DNA of 64,000 nucleotides, from positions 6,634,001-6,698,000 of the forward strand of contig JBNRSN020000031.1 of the NCBI GenBank assembly GCA_051313645.2. The letters are read 5' to 3'. This document shows positions 59,586 through 64,000 of the stretch, piece after piece (the stretch's first letter is position 1; each line of letters opens with the position of its first letter). The notes beneath the pieces were generated by a model that saw only the letters and a list, made by a program, of their open reading frames with translations, had not been told where the DNA came from and did no database searches. The DNA comes from Centroscyllium fabricii (lineage: Eukaryota). A program made the translations under genes and the position numbers.

Positions 59586-62500
59586 CACATGCTGAGTTAT
59601 CATTGTCCCACAGGCATCTGGAAGGACTGCCTATTATATTCACGTAATCACATGCTGAATTATCATTGGACCAAAGGCATCTGTAAGGACAGCATATTAT
59701 ATTCACGTAATCACATGTTGAGTTATCATTGGCCCACAGGCATCTGTAAGGACTACTTATTATATTCACGTAATCACATGCTGAGTTATCATTGGCCCAC
59801 AGGCATCTGGAAGGACTACCTATTATATTCACGTAATCACATGCTGAGTTATCATTGGCCCACAGGCATCTGTAAGGACTACCTATTATATTCAGGTAAT
59901 TTCATGCTGAATTATCATTGGCCCACAGGCATCTGTAAGTACTACCTATTATATTCACGTAATCACATGCCGAGTTATCATTGGCCCGCAGGCATCTGCA
60001 AGGACTACCTATTATATTCACGTAATCACATGCTGAGTTATCATTGGCCACAGGCATCTGTAAAGACTACCTATTATATTCACGTAATCACATGCTGAGT
60101 TATCATTGGCCCACAGGCATCTGTAAGGACTACCTTTTATATTCACGTAATCACATGCTGAATTATCATTGGCCCACAGGCATCTGTAAGGACAACCTGT
60201 TATATTCACGTAATCACATGCTGATTTATCATTGGCCCACAGGCATCTGTAAGGACTACCTATTATATTCACGTAATCACATGCTGAGATATCATTGGCC
60301 CACAGGCATCTGTAAGGACTACCTATGATATTCACGTAATCACACGCTGAGTTATCATTGGCCCACAGGCATCTGTAAGGACTACCTATTATATTCACGT
60401 AATCACATGTTGAATTATCATTGGCCCACAGTCATCTGTAAGGACAACCTATTATATTCACGTAATCACATGCTGAGGTATCATTGGCCCACAGGCATCT
60501 GTAAGGACTACCTATTATATTCACGTAATAAAAGCTGAGATATCATTGGCCCACAGGCATCTGTAAGGACTACCTATGATATTCACGTAATCACACGCTG
60601 AGTTATCATTGGCCCACAGGCATCTGTAAGGACTACCTATTATATTCACGTTATCACATGCTGAATTATCATTGGCCCACAGGCATCTGTAAGGACTACC
60701 TATTATATTCACGTAATCACATGCTGAGTTATCATTGGCCCACAGGCATCTGTAAGGACTACCTATTATATTCACGTAATCACATGCTGAGTTATCATTG
60801 GCCCACAGGCATCTGGAAGGACTACCTATTATATTCACGTAATCACATGCTGAATTATCATTGGACCAAAGGCATCTGTAAGGACTACTATTGTATTCAC
60901 GTAATCACATGCTGAGTTATCATTGGCCCACAGGCATCTCTAAGGACTACCTATTATATTTACATAATCACATGCTGAGTTATCATTGGCCTACAGGCAT
61001 CTGGAAGGACTATCTATTATATTCACATATACACACGCTGAGTTATCATTGGCCCACAGGCATCTGGAAGGACTAACTATTATATTCACGTAATCACATG
61101 CTGAATTATCATTGGACCAAAGGCATCTGTAAGGACTACCTATTATATTCACGTAATCACATGCTGAGTTATCATTGGCCCACAGGCATCTGTAAGGACT
61201 ACCTATTATATTCAGGTAATTACATGCTGAATTATCATTGGCCCACAGGCATCTGTAAGGACTACCTATTGTATTCACGTAATCACATGCCGAGTTATCA
61301 TTGGCCCGCAGGCATCTGCAAGGACTACCTATTATATTCACGTAATCACATGCTGAGTTATCATTGGCCACAGGCATCTGTAAAGACTACCTATTATATT
61401 CACGTAATCACATGCTGAGTTATCATTGGCCCACAGGCATCTGTAAGGACTACCTTTTATATTCACGTAATCACATGCTGAATTATCATTGGCCCACAGG
61501 CATCTGTAAGGACAACCTGTTATATTCACGTAATCACATGCTGATTTATCATTGGCCCACAGGCATCTGTAAGGAGTACCTATTATATTCACGTAATCAC
61601 ATGCTGAGATATCATTGGCCCACAGGCATCTGTAAGGACTACCTATGATATTCACGTAATCACACGCTGAGTTATCATTGGCCCACAGGCATCTGTAAGG
61701 ACTACCTATTATATTCACGTAATCACATGTTGAATTATCATTGGCCCACAGTCATCTGTAAGGACTACCTATTATATTCACGTAATCACATGCTGAGGTA
61801 TCATTGGCCGACAGGCATCTGTAAGGACTACCTATTATATTCACGTAATCAAAGCTGAGATATCATTGGCCCACAGGCATCTGTAAGGACTACCGATTAT
61901 ATTCACGTAATCACATGCTGAATTATCATTGGCCCACAGGCATCTGTAAGGACAACCTATTATATTCACGTAATCACATGCTGAGTTATCATTGGCCCAC
62001 AGGCATCTGTAAGGACTACCTATTATATTCACGTAATCACATGCTGAGTTATCATTGGCCCACAGGCATCTGGAAGGACTACCTATTATATTCACGTAAT
62101 CACATGCTGAATTATCATTGGACCAAAGGCATCTGTAAGGACTACTATTGTATTCACGTAATCACATGCTGAGTTATCATTGGCCAACAGGCATCTCTAA
62201 GGACTACCTATTATATTTATGTAATCACATGCTGAGTTATCATTGGCCTACAGGCATCTCGAAGGACTACCTATTATATTCACATGTACACATGCTGAGT
62301 TATCATTGGCCCACAGGCATCTGGAAGGACTACCTATTATATTCACGTAATCACATGCTGAATTATCATTGGACCAAAGGCATCTGTAAGGACTACCTAT
62401 TATATTCACGTAATCACATGTTGAGTTATCATTGGCCCACAGGAATCTGTAAGGACTACCTATTATATTCACGTAATCACAAGCTGAATTATCATTGCCC

Positions 62501-63599
62501 ACAGGCATCTGTAAGGACTACCTATTATATCCACGTAATCACATGCTGAGTTATCATTGGCCCACTGGCATCTGTAAGGACCACCTAATATATTCACGTA
62601 ATCACATGCTGAGTTATCATTGGCCCACAGGCATCTGTATGGACCACCTATTATATTCACGTAATCACATGCTGAGTTATCATTGGCCCACAGTCATCTG
62701 TAAGGACTACCTATTATATTCACGTAATCACATGCTGAGCTTTCATTGGCCCACAGTCATCTGGAAGGACTACCTATTATATTCACGTAATCACATGCTG
62801 AATTATCATTGGACCAAAGGCATCTGTAAGGACTACTATTGTATTCACGTAATCACATGCTGAGATATAATTGGCCCATAGGCATCTGTAAGGACTACCT
62901 ATTATATTTACGTAAACACATGCTGAGTTATCATTGGCCCACAGGCTTCTGGAAGGACTACCTATTATATTTACGTAATCACATGCTGAGTTATCATTGG
63001 CCCACAGGCATCTGGAAGGACTACCTATTATATTCACGTAATCACATGCTGAATTATAATTGGACCAAAGGCATCTGTAAGGAATACCTATTATATTCAC
63101 GTAATCACATGTTGAGTTATCATTTGCCCACAGGCATCTGTACGGACTACCTATTATATTCACGTAATCACATGCTGAATTATCATTGCCCACAGGTATC
63201 TGTAAGGACTACCTATTATATTCACGTAATCACATGCTGAGTTATCATTGGCCCACAGGCATCTGTAAGGACTACTATTATATTCACGTAATCACATGCT
63301 TAGTTATCATTGGCCCACAGGCATCTGTAAGGACGACTATTGTATTCACGTAATCAAATGCTGAGTTATCATTGGCCACAGGTATCTGTATGGTCTACTA
63401 TTTTATTCACGTAATCACATGCTGAGTTATCATTGGCCCGCAGGCATCTGTAAGGACTACCTATTCTAATCACGTAATCACATGCTGAGTTATCATTGGC
63501 CCACAGGCATCTGTAAGGACTACCTATTATTTTCACGTAATCACATGCTGAATTATCATTGGACCACAGGCATTTGTAAGGACGACCTATTATATTCAC

Positions 63600-63771
63600 A
63601 AAGTCACACAACACCAGGTTTAAAGTCCAACGTTTTATTTTAAATCACAAGCCTTCGGAGCTTTTGCCCCTTCGTCAGGCAAAGAGAAACTGTTGGACTT
63701 TAAACCTGGTGTTGTGTGACTTTTTGCATTTGTTCACCCCAGTCCAACACCGGCACCTCCGCATTATGGGA
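63600..63771 (+). mobile_element. Penelope-like element remnant (inverted plus direct terminal-repeat fragments and 3' extension) with 11-bp TSD
   Basis: Perfect 32-bp inverted repeat at 63600-63631 / 63692-63723; TSD ATTATATTCAC at 63589-63599 and 63772-63782; hammerhead-like core in the inverted arm. Resembles Penelope-like terminal repeats recalled from shark genomes. Confidence 0.8.
63646..63680 (-). ncRNA. Degenerate minimal hammerhead ribozyme motif (Penelope type)
   Basis: The minus strand reads CTGACGA-A-GGGGC-AAAA-GCTCC-GAAG-GCTT-GTG: CUGAnGA core, 5-bp stem II, GAAG in place of GAAA, and no stem I 5' arm. Confidence 0.6.
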
Positions 63772-64000
63772 ATTATATTCACGTAATCACATGCTGAGTT
63801 ATTATTGGCATACAGGCATCTGTAAGGACTACATATTATATTCACGTAATCACTTGATGAGTTATCATTGGCACACAGGCATCTGTACGGGCTAACTATT
63901 ATACTCCCGTAATAATATTTCTGAGTTATCATTGCCCACAGGCATCTGTAAGGACTACATTTATATTCACATAATCAAATGCTGAGTTATCATTGGCCCA

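Larger units (their letters stand above)
2102..64000. repeat. 63-bp tandem satellite array (roughly 960 monomers, single orientation, continues past the window end)
   Basis: The consensus CACGTAATCACATGCTGAGTTATCATTGGCCCACAGGCATCTGTAAGGACTACCTATTATATT repeats head-to-tail with a few substitutions per unit and recurrent 62-bp variants. It is interrupted only at 49920-51125 and 63600-63771. Confidence 0.99.

Noticed and set aside
2163-63614. Hundreds of ORFs with MLSYHWPTGICKDYLLYSRNH or NIIGSPYRCLWANDNSACDYV repeats as protein genes (e.g. zinc-finger-like)
   Set aside because: They are translations of the 63-bp satellite, overlap on both strands and are broken by frequent 1-bp deletions and stops. 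They lack C2H2 spacing (28-aa period) and any unique domain.
63675-63932. 85-aa minus-strand ORF crossing the Penelope-like insertion
   Set aside because: Chance read-through of the satellite frame into a non-coding terminal repeat.
2102-64000. CRISPR array
   Set aside because: No unique spacers (the whole unit repeats), no cas genes, and the context is vertebrate-type retroelements.

Overview
Eukaryotic, non-genic repetitive DNA. The CR1 3' end and the Penelope-like terminal repeat resemble, from memory, elements of cartilaginous fishes (shark/ray); this is not database-verified. About 60.5 kb (2102-64000) is a head-to-tail satellite of a 63-bp monomer (CACGTAATCACATGCTGAGTTATCATTGGCCCACAGGCATCTGTAAGGACTACCTATTATATT; roughly 960 copies). 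It has nested duplications from about 0.4 to 14 kb. Nearly all ORFs in the track are artefacts of this monomer having a stop-free frame on each strand. Three retroelements are present. (1) 1-2101: a non-coding ERV-like LTR element with a perfect tRNA-Pro PBS, a PPT, a 1478-bp LTR and only 144 bp of internal sequence; its two LTR copies are identical except for a sharply diverged last 47 bp. (2) 49920-51125 (minus strand): a young 5'-truncated CR1 LINE whose intact RT C-terminus is fused in frame to satellite codons. (3) 63600-63771: a Penelope-like insertion with an inverted terminal repeat, an 11-bp TSD and a degenerate hammerhead ribozyme. No host genes, RNA genes or CRISPR arrays were found.
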